Origin: Candidatus Heimdallarchaeota archaeon
GTDB taxonomy: Archaea > Asgardarchaeota > Heimdallarchaeia > Hodarchaeales > Hodarchaeaceae
Direction: 5' to 3'
Assembly (NCBI GenBank): GCA_020353515.1
Contig: CP070695.1
Span: 93,956-126,789, forward strand
Length of the DNA: 32,834 nt
Position 1 is the stretch's first letter. Each line of letters opens with the position of its first letter. Below the pieces are notes generated by a model, which was not told the origin of the DNA, made no database searches, and saw only the letters and a list, made by a program, of their open reading frames with translations. Positions 1 to 9,707 of the stretch are shown here, piece after piece. The translations under genes were made by a program, and so were the position numbers.

Positions 1-180
1 GAACCGGAACCTGAACCTGAACCTGAACCTGAACCTGAACCTGAACCCGAACCTGAACCTGAACCCGAACCTGAACCTGAACCTGAACCTGAACCCGAAC
101 CCGAACCTGAACCCGAACCCGAACCTGAACCTGAACCCGAACCCGAGCCTGAACCCAAACCCGAACCAGATCCTAAACCC
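1..180 (+). repeat. 6-bp coding tandem repeat (GAACCY)n, about 30 units
   Basis: gaacct/gaaccc units read directly, degenerating to aaaccc/gaacca/gatcct at the 3' end. Confidence 0.95.
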
Positions 181-198
181 TGGTCAGAAGAGGGATGA
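1..198 (+). CDS. 3' end of a protein with a long Glu-Pro dipeptide repeat tail (partial; 5' end outside window)
   Basis: Frame 1 reads (EP)26[17 protein letters not shown] (TGA 196-198). Variation among the EP units is confined to synonymous third positions (cct/ccc/ccg, gaa/gag), as expected for coding sequence. Convergent with pyrG, 10-nt gap. Confidence 0.8.
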   Translation, partial: EPEPEPEPEPEPEPEPEPEPEPEPEPEPEPEPEPEPEPEPEPEPEPEPEPEPKPEPDPKPWSEEG

Positions 199-208
199 AA
201 ATCTCTCT

Positions 209-1831
209 CTATTTTTTTTTATCCTTTTTATGTTCCCAACAGCTTTCTACAAAAGTTTTGAATAGTGGGGCTGGTTGTTCGAAACGAGATAGGAACTCAG
301 GATGGTATTGTGTTCCTACAAAGAATCGATGATTTGTTAACTCTCCTATATGAACAACAGAGCTGTCAGAAGACATACCCGAGAATGTGAATCCCTTAGT
401 AACTAATTGAGACACATAATCAGGATTGATTTCATATCGGTGCCGGAAACGCTCTTTTATTTCTATTTCACCATAAATAGCATGAACATTCGTACCCTCT
501 GAGATTACAACAGGATACAATCCAAGTCGCATTGTTCCACCTTTACGATAAACAGTACGTTGTGACGGAAGTAGATCGATAACAGGATGAGGGGTATCTG
601 GAGCGAATTCTGTAGAGTTGGCATTTTCAAGGTCACAGACATTCCTAGCATATTCAATAATGGCACATTGGAGACCTAAACAAATTCCTAGGAAAGGAAT
701 GTTATCTTCTCGTAATCTAGTAATTAAAGAGATCTTCCCTTCGATCCCCCGATATCCAAAACCTCCAGGTATAATGATACCATCGCAAGATTGAATTTGG
801 TGATCAATGTCTTTTTCATTAATGTTGGTGGTTTCGATGAAAATTGGATTCACTTCTATACCTAGATGAGCCCCAGCATGGGTTAATGCCTTAACAATGG
901 AGACGTATGCGTCTCCAAGGGCTGTGTACTTGCCTCCAATGCCAACAACCACTTCACCTATTGGATTTTTTATTTTCTCTAAAATATTTCTCCAAGTAGA
1001 GAGAGTAGGTAACTTTTTAGGACCTATCTGTAGTTTATTGAATAGACTAGTCAGAATCTCTTCTTCTAATAATTGAAAAGGAAACTCATAGATTATTGGG
1101 ACATCATGGCCAGAAATAACATCAGACGCGGAAATATTACAAAAAAGGGCTACCTTTTGACGAACATCAAGTTTTAATGGTTTTTCGGAGCGACATAATA
1201 AGATATCAGGTTGTACACCCATTCCCTGTAATGTTTTAACACTCGCTTGTGTTGGTTTTGTTTTTTGTTCTCCAACAACTGCTAGAACAGGGATTAGAGT
1301 CACATGAACCCAACAAAAATCGGATCGGTCGCAGGATAAAGCCAATTGCCTCAATGCTTCTATAAAATATGCGTTCTCAATGTCCCCTACTGTTCCACCT
1401 ACTTCTACAAGTGTTACATCCACAATATCATCTTTTTGACGTATCCAAGATATGATTTCATTCGTCACATGGGGAATAAATTGGATATCTTGACCAAGAA
1501 ATTCTCCCTGTCTCTCTTTTTCAATCATATTCTGAAAAATTTGTCCCCCTGTTAAAGAAGACCATGAATCAAGGGAAGCATTGAGAAATCTTTCATAGGT
1601 GCCAAGATCCATATCTGTTTCAGTTCCATCGTCAAGAACAAAAACCTCCCCGTGCTTGAAAGGATTTATTGTCCCGGCATCAACATTCAGATATCCGTCA
1701 AATTTAATGGGTGCAACGGTGTAACCAGAAGCACTAAGGAGTTTTGCAAGAGATGCAGCTAATAAACCTTTTCCCAAACCGCTCATAACTCCTCCAGTCA
1801 CAATAATATACTTGTGGGAAATCTTAATCAC
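209..1831 (-). CDS. pyrG: CTP synthase (glutamine-hydrolysing)
   Basis: [74 protein letters not shown] (catalytic Cys), QYHPEF (His-Glu). Start uncertain: GTG 1831 overlaps the GGTGA RBS. Confidence 0.98.
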   Translation of the reverse strand: MIKISHKYIIVTGGVMSGLGKGLLAASLAKLLSASGYTVAPIKFDGYLNVDAGTINPFKHGEVFVLDDGTETDMDLGTYERFLNASLDSWSSLTGGQIFQNMIEKERQGEFLGQDIQFIPHVTNEIISWIRQKDDIVDVTLVEVGGTVGDIENAYFIEALRQLALSCDRSDFCWVHVTLIPVLAVVGEQKTKPTQASVKTLQGMGVQPDILLCRSEKPLKLDVRQKVALFCNISASDVISGHDVPIIYEFPFQLLEEEILTSLFNKLQIGPKKLPTLSTWRNILEKIKNPIGEVVVGIGGKYTALGDAYVSIVKALTHAGAHLGIEVNPIFIETTNINEKDIDHQIQSCDGIIIPGGFGYRGIEGKISLITRLREDNIPFLGICLGLQCAIIEYARNVCDLENANSTEFAPDTPHPVIDLLPSQRTVYRKGGTMRLGLYPVVISEGTNVHAIYGEIEIKERFRHRYEINPDYVSQLVTKGFTFSGMSSDSSVVHIGELTNHRFFVGTQYHPEFLSRFEQPAPLFKTFVESCWEHKKDKKK

Positions 1832-1962
1832 CTATGAGTCTATTGAAATAACATCTTAAAAAATCATAAGAACCTGAAATATTTAGTGGTTATAATATCA
1901 TTTGTTGTTTTAAATATCATAACAAAGTTCTCTTTACTATTTTTCTAAGGAAATGAACAAAA

Positions 1963-2505
1963 ATGACTCTAGAAAAAGAATTTCAAGGGCCGACTGTGGC
2001 ATGGTTTCCAGCACCAGTTGTATTAGTCTCCTGTGCATATGATAACGTTACCAATATCATCACTATTGCTTGGACTGGTGTTGTATGTTCCAAACCTCCA
2101 TTGATATCAATTTCTATTCGCCCTTCAAGATTTAGTTATGAATTAATAATTAACAGTGGTGAATTCGTAATAAATATCCCCACATCGGAGCAATTAAAGG
2201 AAACTGAATTATGTGGCAGAAAAAGTGGGGAAGACATTAATAAATGGACAACTTGTAATTTCACTGCCGTAGAAGCAACAAAAGTATCAGTTCCTCTTAT
2301 TAAAGAGTGCCCAGTCAACATCGAATGCAAAGTTGTTAAAACTCTAACTAATATGGGAACACATGCGATTTTTATTGGAGAGGTACAGGAAGTACATATT
2401 GATCCTCTGATAGCTCCAAAATCAGTCTTAGATATTGTTCCACTCTGTTATTCACCTAAATCTGGAATTTTTGGAAAATCTCTAGCCCTCAGCGAAGAAA
2501 TATAA
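1963..2505 (+). CDS. Flavin reductase-like FMN-binding protein (flavoredoxin/DIM6/NTAB family)
   Basis: FPAPVVLVSC, NIITIAWTG..CSKPP..SISIRPSRFSYELI..SGEFVINIP, CGRKSG, PLIKECPVNIECKV, GTHAIFIGEV. Confidence 0.9.
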   Translation: MTLEKEFQGPTVAWFPAPVVLVSCAYDNVTNIITIAWTGVVCSKPPLISISIRPSRFSYELIINSGEFVINIPTSEQLKETELCGRKSGEDINKWTTCNFTAVEATKVSVPLIKECPVNIECKVVKTLTNMGTHAIFIGEVQEVHIDPLIAPKSVLDIVPLCYSPKSGIFGKSLALSEEI

Positions 2506-2545
2506 ACAAATAAGAGAAATTTCTATTATAGATTTTAAGGAAAGA

Positions 2546-4051
2546 GTGATTATGGATCTTGCCTCTTTTATAAACCTTTATTGTCGAAAAATCGGTATCT
2601 GGTTTCTAAGTCTTCTTCCCATTTTTCTTGCTATTATTCTAATTGGCCTCGCCTTCTTACCTGAGGGGTCAATTGAGGAATTCAGATTCCTTTATCTTTA
2701 TCTTACGGCATCAATTGTCTATATTGGACTGATTATTATAGCAATTCCCTTTTCTCTCAATGGTTTCTTCATGGAAAGAGCATTCAATGAGGAGATTAAG
2801 AATATCACAAGTTCTGGATTATTAATCCGAGGTGTTGAAGGATTTAACGAAATTGAGTCCTCAATTAAATTGCTCTATCGCGGTTCTTATAGCATTACTG
2901 GAAGCATTATAATATCATTTCTAGTTTTTGTTTCCGCTCTTCTATTAGATCCCTCAGCTGAAGTAGATCCAGCTACTGCATTATTTGCTCGATTTTTTAT
3001 TTTTGTTGCAAGTATTGGATTACTTGCTATATCAAGTGGAGCATCTCTTCTCCTTCGACTTCCCGATAGATCTGCTTTACAACCAGGAGGATTAATGAGA
3101 TTTTATTCTCCTAGGAGTATTAGTCTTAAATTAGATAACATTCTTACAGATTCCATTTTTACTCATCTTGATCCCATTACTAGAATTCGTATGGATGAAT
3201 GGTCAAAATCTATTCAAGAACACTTGAATACGAGTTATCTAAGTAACCTTGAGGATCAAACAAGGCTAGAACGTGCTCGTGAAAAAATATTCCTTATGAT
3301 ATATCTTAAGGAATATGTTCCTGAATTAATGACAGAGGGAATTTTCCAAAGAGAAATTTCGGAAATTATTAGTCCAAACTACTTAGATGAGTTTAAAACA
3401 GGTTACGATTCTGGTATTTCTTTAAAAACTTTGATGACAGTAATACGTGACATCGAAGACGAAATTCCGCAGATATTCGAGTTAATACAGCGAATTTTCG
3501 TATTGGTTACTGATAATTTGCGATACCTGCAGACTAGGGAAGAGTTTGTGACTATTTGTCACCCTACAGAACATATAGGTAATATTGATCCATTTAGAAT
3601 CACAATTTTCATCTTAAATCTGAAAAAAGTTCAACGAAAAGTTCATATTCAAGCACAAACCTCTATGAGCTCCTTGGATCCAGATGATGCGTCTCAAATT
3701 TTAGCGTTGGATATGGGGGAATTAGAACTTCCTCCTCGAGATGCTACAATGGAGTTTTCTTCATCTACAGAACCATTTGATGTATTACGATTAGTAAGCA
3801 GTATTCTCCAGGTAGGTGATGTCCTGAATCTACAATTTCGTCCGAATAGATCTGGTACTCATGTATTAAATATTTCTATTGATGATCCTGAACGTGGGAT
3901 CATAACAGGAAGATCAGTCGTGATCGATGTAAGCCGTGATCTAAGGTATTTTCTCAAAACAGTTGGCGCTAAAGTGCTAGGTTATGCTGGAGCAGCAATT
4001 TCATTCATTGGTATTAGTATGGGGTCGCTAGTTGGTCTCTTTGGAGTTTAA
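2546..4051 (+). CDS. Hypothetical membrane protein (about 4 N-terminal TM helices, large soluble domain, C-terminal TM)
   Basis: 501-aa ORF with hydrophobic segments at about aa 16-38, 48-72, 113-133, 145-170 and 476-500. The beta-rich region at about aa 335-465 looks Ig-like. No family recognised. Confidence 0.75.
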   Translation: MIMDLASFINLYCRKIGIWFLSLLPIFLAIILIGLAFLPEGSIEEFRFLYLYLTASIVYIGLIIIAIPFSLNGFFMERAFNEEIKNITSSGLLIRGVEGFNEIESSIKLLYRGSYSITGSIIISFLVFVSALLLDPSAEVDPATALFARFFIFVASIGLLAISSGASLLLRLPDRSALQPGGLMRFYSPRSISLKLDNILTDSIFTHLDPITRIRMDEWSKSIQEHLNTSYLSNLEDQTRLERAREKIFLMIYLKEYVPELMTEGIFQREISEIISPNYLDEFKTGYDSGISLKTLMTVIRDIEDEIPQIFELIQRIFVLVTDNLRYLQTREEFVTICHPTEHIGNIDPFRITIFILNLKKVQRKVHIQAQTSMSSLDPDDASQILALDMGELELPPRDATMEFSSSTEPFDVLRLVSSILQVGDVLNLQFRPNRSGTHVLNISIDDPERGIITGRSVVIDVSRDLRYFLKTVGAKVLGYAGAAISFIGISMGSLVGLFGV

Positions 4052-4064
4052 TTGATCAAATTAT

Positions 4065-5270
4065 TTAGATATGTTTTAATCCCTGTTCAAAATCAGATAT
4101 GAGATCTTCAACATCCTCTATTCCAACACTAAGACGTAATAACGATTCTGTTATTCCTGTAGTAATTTTTAGGTTGTATTCAAGATCGTAATGGGTCATT
4201 ATATATGGCCATTCGATAAGTGATTGAATATCACCAAGATCCATGGCCAAAAGGATTATTCTAAGCCTATCAGCTAAAAAATCTCGGACCTTCTCTGCAT
4301 TCTCTAACTCGAAAGACAACATTCCACCAAAAGGATTCATTTGCTTTCTAGCCACTTCATATTGAGGGTGACTTGATAAACCAGGATAATAGACTCGATT
4401 CACTTTTTGATGTTCTTCAAGGTATTTCGCAATCTTTAAGGCATTTTTTGATTGTTGATTTACCCTTAAGCCTAACGTTTTTAATCCTCGTAAGATTAAA
4501 TAAGAATTTAGCGGTGATGGCGTCTGACCAAGTGTTTCACCGAATTGACGACGAAATTCAGAAAGAATTTCAGTATCATTGCAGGCAATTACTCCACCAA
4601 GAGCATCACCATGTCCATTAATAAATTTAGAACTAGAATGAACTTCAAAATCAACCCCTAATTCCAATGGACGTTGACAAACAGGAGAGGCAAAAGTATT
4701 ATCGAAAGTCACTTTTGTTTCTGAATTATATTCATGGACAAGATCACAAATAGCCTTGATATCGTAGCAGCGCATTGTGGGATTTGCTGGAGATTCAAAG
4801 TGGACAACTGAATAGGTGTCTTTATTTAGCTGTTTTTCAAGGGCTCCAAGATCCCTGAAATCTAAATAATCGCAAGCAATTCCCATTTTTGGTAAAGTTT
4901 CGGTCGTAAATTGATTAGTACTCCTATAAACAGAATCAGATGCCAATATTTTTGTACCAGATTTGTAATTTGCTAGAATAATGAAAGTTATAGCAGCCAT
5001 CCCTGAAGATGTTGCTAAGGTGCCCTTACAACCAATTATAGTTGCTAATTTTAATTCAAGAGCGGTCGAAGTGGGATTGGCTGTCCGAGAATAAAAATAT
5101 GTAATCTCCTCAGGGTTTATTCCATAAGCATTAGATGCAGCTTCAAAAAATTTTTCCATGTTGGGATATGAGAAAGTATTACTCGCATATATAGGCGTTT
5201 TTAGCGCTTTAGTAATGGGTTCAACCTTCTCACCTCCGTGGACTCCTCGTGTATTTATTCCTCTTTGCAT
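4065..5270 (-). CDS. PLP-dependent Cys/Met metabolism enzyme (cystathionine gamma-synthase / methionine gamma-lyase family)
   Basis: YSRTANPT, SSGMAAI, ESPANP, DNTFASP, HSSSKFINGHGD (PLP lysine), RGLKTLGLR, LLRLSVGIED. Confidence 0.93.
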   Translation of the reverse strand: MQRGINTRGVHGGEKVEPITKALKTPIYASNTFSYPNMEKFFEAASNAYGINPEEITYFYSRTANPTSTALELKLATIIGCKGTLATSSGMAAITFIILANYKSGTKILASDSVYRSTNQFTTETLPKMGIACDYLDFRDLGALEKQLNKDTYSVVHFESPANPTMRCYDIKAICDLVHEYNSETKVTFDNTFASPVCQRPLELGVDFEVHSSSKFINGHGDALGGVIACNDTEILSEFRRQFGETLGQTPSPLNSYLILRGLKTLGLRVNQQSKNALKIAKYLEEHQKVNRVYYPGLSSHPQYEVARKQMNPFGGMLSFELENAEKVRDFLADRLRIILLAMDLGDIQSLIEWPYIMTHYDLEYNLKITTGITESLLRLSVGIEDVEDLISDFEQGLKHI

Positions 5271-5549
5271 ATAAAAACCTCTAATAATTCATTTAATACA
5301 AATCATAAGTTGATAGTCTTACCTAACTCTCTCACAATTTTTCATCATTCTAGGAAATCTTATAAATTTGCTGAAAGAATTAAGTTATTACAGATTACCT
5401 TTAATTGGAAAAGATATTTTTAAAAAGCATGAGTTGCCCCAAAAATCGAGATTATCAGTTAAAATGTTATATGTGATAAAGGAAAATTTAGCTTTCTCAA
5501 ACACAAAATATTGGAATGAATTTTGAAATTCCCTCAACGGTGAGATCTT

Positions 5550-6596
5550 GTGAGAAATTTAGATTCTGTAAGGATATTCTTACAAAGTGGCATTCAGTAT
5601 TTCTCATATATTAAGACCCAACTATTTCTCACGGTAATGCTGTTTTATCTTTCACAAATTGAATCATTAGAATCATTATATGCATTTGAATTTCCAAAAA
5701 TTGAACTGGGGGATTATATCTATCTTATACGACCATATGGGTGGATTTCAAATTTTGTATCAATAGGATTTGGATTGCTTTTAACTAATGTGTGGGTACT
5801 TCAAGGCCCTTCCATTCTTTTGAAGTACATGATGGTTGGAATCGCTGTTGGGCCTCTGTTATGGGGTGGTCTTTACACTTTTAATTCAGTATTTGATGCG
5901 GATTTTGACCGTATCCATCCTACTAAGATGCATCGTCCAGTCGCTTCTGAACGAGTTTCTAAAAATCTGGGTTTATTCATTGCGACAATTCATGTTCTAT
6001 TAGGTCTCGTCATGTTATCCCTCGTTTCGATGATAGGCCTCTTTTTAGGTCTTATCATGGTTGGGCTCCAAATTTTATACTGTTTTCCTCCTTTTCGTCT
6101 AAAAGAGACTGTAGTCAATTTATTTTTCTCTGGTCCTTTGAACCACTTTATCCGGATTCTTATTGGTTGGTCTTTGGTTCTTCCAATATTAAATGCTCCT
6201 TATTTTTTCCTCATTGGAATTACCTGTATATTAGCTATAGGTTATTTGAGCTATAAAATTCAAGACAAAGAGATATCTGAACAATTAGGGTATCGAGGGT
6301 TAGAAAACTTCTTACATAAACGAGGAATCATAACTTTTGATTGTTTTTTAGCTCTATCCGCCTCTTTACTTATTGCTCTTGCTTTCCTTACTAATCAAAT
6401 AACTTGGCATCTTCTTATTTTTATACCATTAAGTTTTCTCATTTTTATCTATATTTGGGTGAGTTCCTCCTCTTTGTGGCAAGTAGCAAAACCTGGAATT
6501 TATATTGGAAAATTACATAATTTATTAATTATTTTCTTTCTTATTGAATGGTTAATCATTATTATTCGATTATTTCCCTTTCTAAATCTATTTTAA
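5550..6596 (+). CDS. UbiA-family prenyltransferase
   Basis: YLIRP; first Asp-rich motif NSVFDADFDRIHPTKMHRPVAS; YCFPPFRLK; multiple TM helices. The second Asp-rich motif is degenerate (KIQDKEISEQLG). GGTGA RBS precedes GTG 5550. Confidence 0.88.
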   Translation: MRNLDSVRIFLQSGIQYFSYIKTQLFLTVMLFYLSQIESLESLYAFEFPKIELGDYIYLIRPYGWISNFVSIGFGLLLTNVWVLQGPSILLKYMMVGIAVGPLLWGGLYTFNSVFDADFDRIHPTKMHRPVASERVSKNLGLFIATIHVLLGLVMLSLVSMIGLFLGLIMVGLQILYCFPPFRLKETVVNLFFSGPLNHFIRILIGWSLVLPILNAPYFFLIGITCILAIGYLSYKIQDKEISEQLGYRGLENFLHKRGIITFDCFLALSASLLIALAFLTNQITWHLLIFIPLSFLIFIYIWVSSSSLWQVAKPGIYIGKLHNLLIIFFLIEWLIIIIRLFPFLNLF

Positions 6597-6618
6597 GCTT
6601 CAAGGAGTTCACTCTTTC

Positions 6619-7524
6619 ATGAGTTTGATGCAATTTGAGATCGGATCATTCATCTCGATTATTCTACTCATGACTCTTTATGGAATACTTGGAGGGGTCT
6701 CTGCTGTTTTATCAAAAAAGGGAATAATTAAAATTGGTGGACTAAGAGTCGAACGCTCATGGAAGATATTTTTTCAGACTTTCATGAAATTAATATCGAC
6801 CCCCATTTGGCTTTTGGGGGCCTTTCTTGGAATCTTTGGGTTTTTTGTTTACCTCATTGCCTTACAAAACTTTGAACTTTCTGTTGTTAAACCTTTAGTG
6901 AACACAAATCTTGCTTTCACTTTCCTTTTTGCCTATATCTTTTTCAAGGAGCAGTTAAAGCGGAGTGAATGGGCTGGGATTATTGGAATAATGATGGGAA
7001 TGATATTTTTAGGGATTATAACTAGGGGTTCCACAGGTGTTATAGAATTAGTTCCTTTAATTGGTCTATTACCCATAACAATCGTCGGTATCATCATACT
7101 AGGAGTTTTTATCATTACTGAACGAATTCATAATCAAGAATTTTTTTATTCGATTTCTGCAGGAATTTTCTATGGCCTCGGAGCGATATTCTCTAAAGCC
7201 ATTCTTATCTTATTATCACCAATTACAAACATTAGCCTGCTATTTTTCACAGTGGTAATGTTCTCATTAACCTATCTGGTAGCAATTGTTTCCCAACAAT
7301 TTGCATTTAATAATGGCCGACTTTCAATTGTTAGTCCAATTACAAATTCTATTTCAATTTTAATTCCTGTGGTTGGCGCAGCAATCATTTTTAATGAACA
7401 TTTTTACCTTGAAAAAATTGTAGGACTTATTCTTATTCTACTTGGCATAATTCTTCTTCGTAGAACTATAATAATAGAGAATCATTCTCATCGTAAAGAT
7501 GATCTTATTTTTGATTCCTTCTGA
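6619..7524 (+). CDS. DMT/EamA-superfamily membrane transporter
   Basis: About 9-10 TM helices in two repeats: ALQNFELSVVKPL...LFAYIFFKE and AFNNGRLSIVSPI...AAIIFNE...KIVGLILILLGIILL. Confidence 0.85.
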   Translation: MSLMQFEIGSFISIILLMTLYGILGGVSAVLSKKGIIKIGGLRVERSWKIFFQTFMKLISTPIWLLGAFLGIFGFFVYLIALQNFELSVVKPLVNTNLAFTFLFAYIFFKEQLKRSEWAGIIGIMMGMIFLGIITRGSTGVIELVPLIGLLPITIVGIIILGVFIITERIHNQEFFYSISAGIFYGLGAIFSKAILILLSPITNISLLFFTVVMFSLTYLVAIVSQQFAFNNGRLSIVSPITNSISILIPVVGAAIIFNEHFYLEKIVGLILILLGIILLRRTIIIENHSHRKDDLIFDSF

Positions 7525-8170
7525 AGGTTCTTTTCATACGATGATGAATAGTGTGAAGATGTACAGAAAAAGGAGAACGCCTTCCATCCGTGGATATTTC
7601 GCCTTTTTGAAGTGATTGGCGAAATTCATCCGTAGTGGAACCAATAAAATCAATCCAAGCATTTCCTAACTCAGGGGAAAAGTGTGCATCCGAACCAGCG
7701 GTTTGAATTAAGGAATATTTCTCTGCGAGCTTAAGAGCTCTTTTATTAGCCCGTGGTAGAATACAGCGTGAATTAAAAATTTCAATAGCATCGATATACG
7801 GTAGATCTGTCTCTGATACTCTAAACCTTTTCCCTCGGATTGCATCAAAAGGATGTGGGATCACCACCATTCCCCCTCTTTCTTTTATCTCTTCAGCAAC
7901 TTCGGGAAAATGGGAAGTTTTAAGATCCTCCTCAATCCACGATCCAATGACCTCGCCTCGGTCTGTTAAAATTTCAATCCCTGGGATAAAAATAAAATCT
8001 TCTTCAGGAGAGAGAACCTCTTTAAAAGCTAGGGCGCCTTTTATTGTATTGTGGTCACAAATCATAATTCCTTGGAGTCCCTGCTTTTTACAAAGTTTTA
8101 AAATTTGCTTTGGTTCGAGGTTAGAGCATTTAGAGTATTTTGTGTGACAATGAAAGTCCACGCGGGCCAT
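7505..8170 (-). CDS. PHP-domain metal-dependent phosphoesterase
   Basis: DFHCHTKYS, ICDHNT, IPGIEI, IPHPF, AIEIFNSR, AGSDAH. Confidence 0.92.
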   Translation of the reverse strand: MARVDFHCHTKYSKCSNLEPKQILKLCKKQGLQGIMICDHNTIKGALAFKEVLSPEEDFIFIPGIEILTDRGEVIGSWIEEDLKTSHFPEVAEEIKERGGMVVIPHPFDAIRGKRFRVSETDLPYIDAIEIFNSRCILPRANKRALKLAEKYSLIQTAGSDAHFSPELGNAWIDFIGSTTDEFRQSLQKGEISTDGRRSPFSVHLHTIHHRMKRTFRRNQK

Positions 8171-8315
8171 AATGATTCACAAATTAACCTTGTAGAGAGT
8201 GTATGTATTGCTTATAGGACTACATAGGTTTTAAGCAAAGTCTTTCATTTATTTATTGCATTCAATATTTAAATTCTGAAAAATTTGCTAGCGAAATACG
8301 TAGAGTGGATAGAAA

Positions 8316-9707
8316 ATGGAAGAAAGTTCTCACGGCCAATTCTATGATAATAAATTGCAGAAATGGTCCTTTGGATTAGGCAGTTTTGCCCAATGGTTCA
8401 TTAATAGCGCTTTTAACACATGGGTTCTGACATTCTATTTTGCTGCAGTTCGGCTTCCAATCCAATATATTATGACTGCGTTTATATTATGGACCGTGTG
8501 GAACGCAATTAATGACCCTTTAATTGGATATTTATCAGATAGAACCCATACACGTCTTGGACGTCGAAAGCCCTACATTATGATAGGACTCATTCCTATT
8601 GCGATCATTGAGATTATTTTATGGATTCCTCCTGTTCCTTTAGGAGATGACTACTTTATTACTTTTTTATACCTATTAATAATACTATTTTGTTATGATA
8701 CGTTCTACACGATGGTTGCTCTCCCTTATGATAGTTTGTTCCCAGAGTTATATACATCAGTTGAGGAAAGAGCAGATGTCAATTCTATCAGACAAGTTCT
8801 CTCAACAGTAGGATTAATTTCCGCTTTTTTGATTCCTGGTATTTTTATTGGGGATCAAGATGTTATGGATGGATACTTAATAAATGGAATTGTCACCACG
8901 TTAATTATATTAGTTACACTATTAATTTCATTAAAATGGGGCGTGGTAGAACGCCCTGAATTCACTCAAGATCATCATCAAGAATTTAATTTTTTTCAAG
9001 GTTTGAAACATACTTTCCGTCTTCGGAGTTTTGTACTATATACTATAATGTTCTTTCTATATGAATATACTTTGCTTGTTCTCTCATCTACAGTTCCTTT
9101 ATACGCGGAATGGGTATTAGGAATTCAAGATACCTTCCTGACTTCAATTTTGTTAGGAACCATGTTTATCGTAGGTATCGTAACTGTACTCTTTTGGAGA
9201 AAGTTAGATGTAAAATATGGTAGTCGAAAGGTGTATGCAGTTTCGATAGTGTTATACATCATTACTTCAATCCCCCTATTAGTAATCAACTCCTTTGAAA
9301 CAGCGATTATTATAGTAGTGTTTATGGGTATTGGTTTCGGAGGTATGCTATATTTTATTTATCTAATTATTGCAGATGTAATTGATGATGATGAATTAAG
9401 GACAGGACTTCGACGCGAAGGTACTTTCTTTGGAATTACCAATTTCTTTATGCGTCTCTCTATGATCTTCTCTATTATCACAGTATCCTTAGTATTTTCA
9501 ACGACTGGGTGGGAAACATATGAACCAAATCCTGGTATCGATGTAATACAAGGATTAAGACTTCTAGTCTTCTTATTTCCAGCTCTAGCGTTAGGAATTA
9601 CTCTAATCTGCCTCTATTTCTATCCATATTCTAGAGATTACATCATTGACATGAAATCGCGAATCACTGAATTACATAGGAAAAAGCTTGATCAGATTAT
9701 TACTTAA
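8316..9707 (+). CDS. MFS transporter, glycoside-pentoside-hexuronide (MelB-like) cation symporter
   Basis: WNAINDPLIGYLSDRTHTRLGRRKPY, PYDSLFPEL...EERA, IADVIDDDELRTGLRREGTFFG; 12 TM pattern. Confidence 0.92.
   Translation: MEESSHGQFYDNKLQKWSFGLGSFAQWFINSAFNTWVLTFYFAAVRLPIQYIMTAFILWTVWNAINDPLIGYLSDRTHTRLGRRKPYIMIGLIPIAIIEIILWIPPVPLGDDYFITFLYLLIILFCYDTFYTMVALPYDSLFPELYTSVEERADVNSIRQVLSTVGLISAFLIPGIFIGDQDVMDGYLINGIVTTLIILVTLLISLKWGVVERPEFTQDHHQEFNFFQGLKHTFRLRSFVLYTIMFFLYEYTLLVLSSTVPLYAEWVLGIQDTFLTSILLGTMFIVGIVTVLFWRKLDVKYGSRKVYAVSIVLYIITSIPLLVINSFETAIIIVVFMGIGFGGMLYFIYLIIADVIDDDELRTGLRREGTFFGITNFFMRLSMIFSIITVSLVFSTTGWETYEPNPGIDVIQGLRLLVFLFPALALGITLICLYFYPYSRDYIIDMKSRITELHRKKLDQIIT

Noticed and set aside
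1-180. Tandem repeat as a CRISPR array or non-coding satellite
   Set aside because: The unit is 6 bp with no spacers, and variation is synonymous in the Glu-Pro frame, so it is coding.
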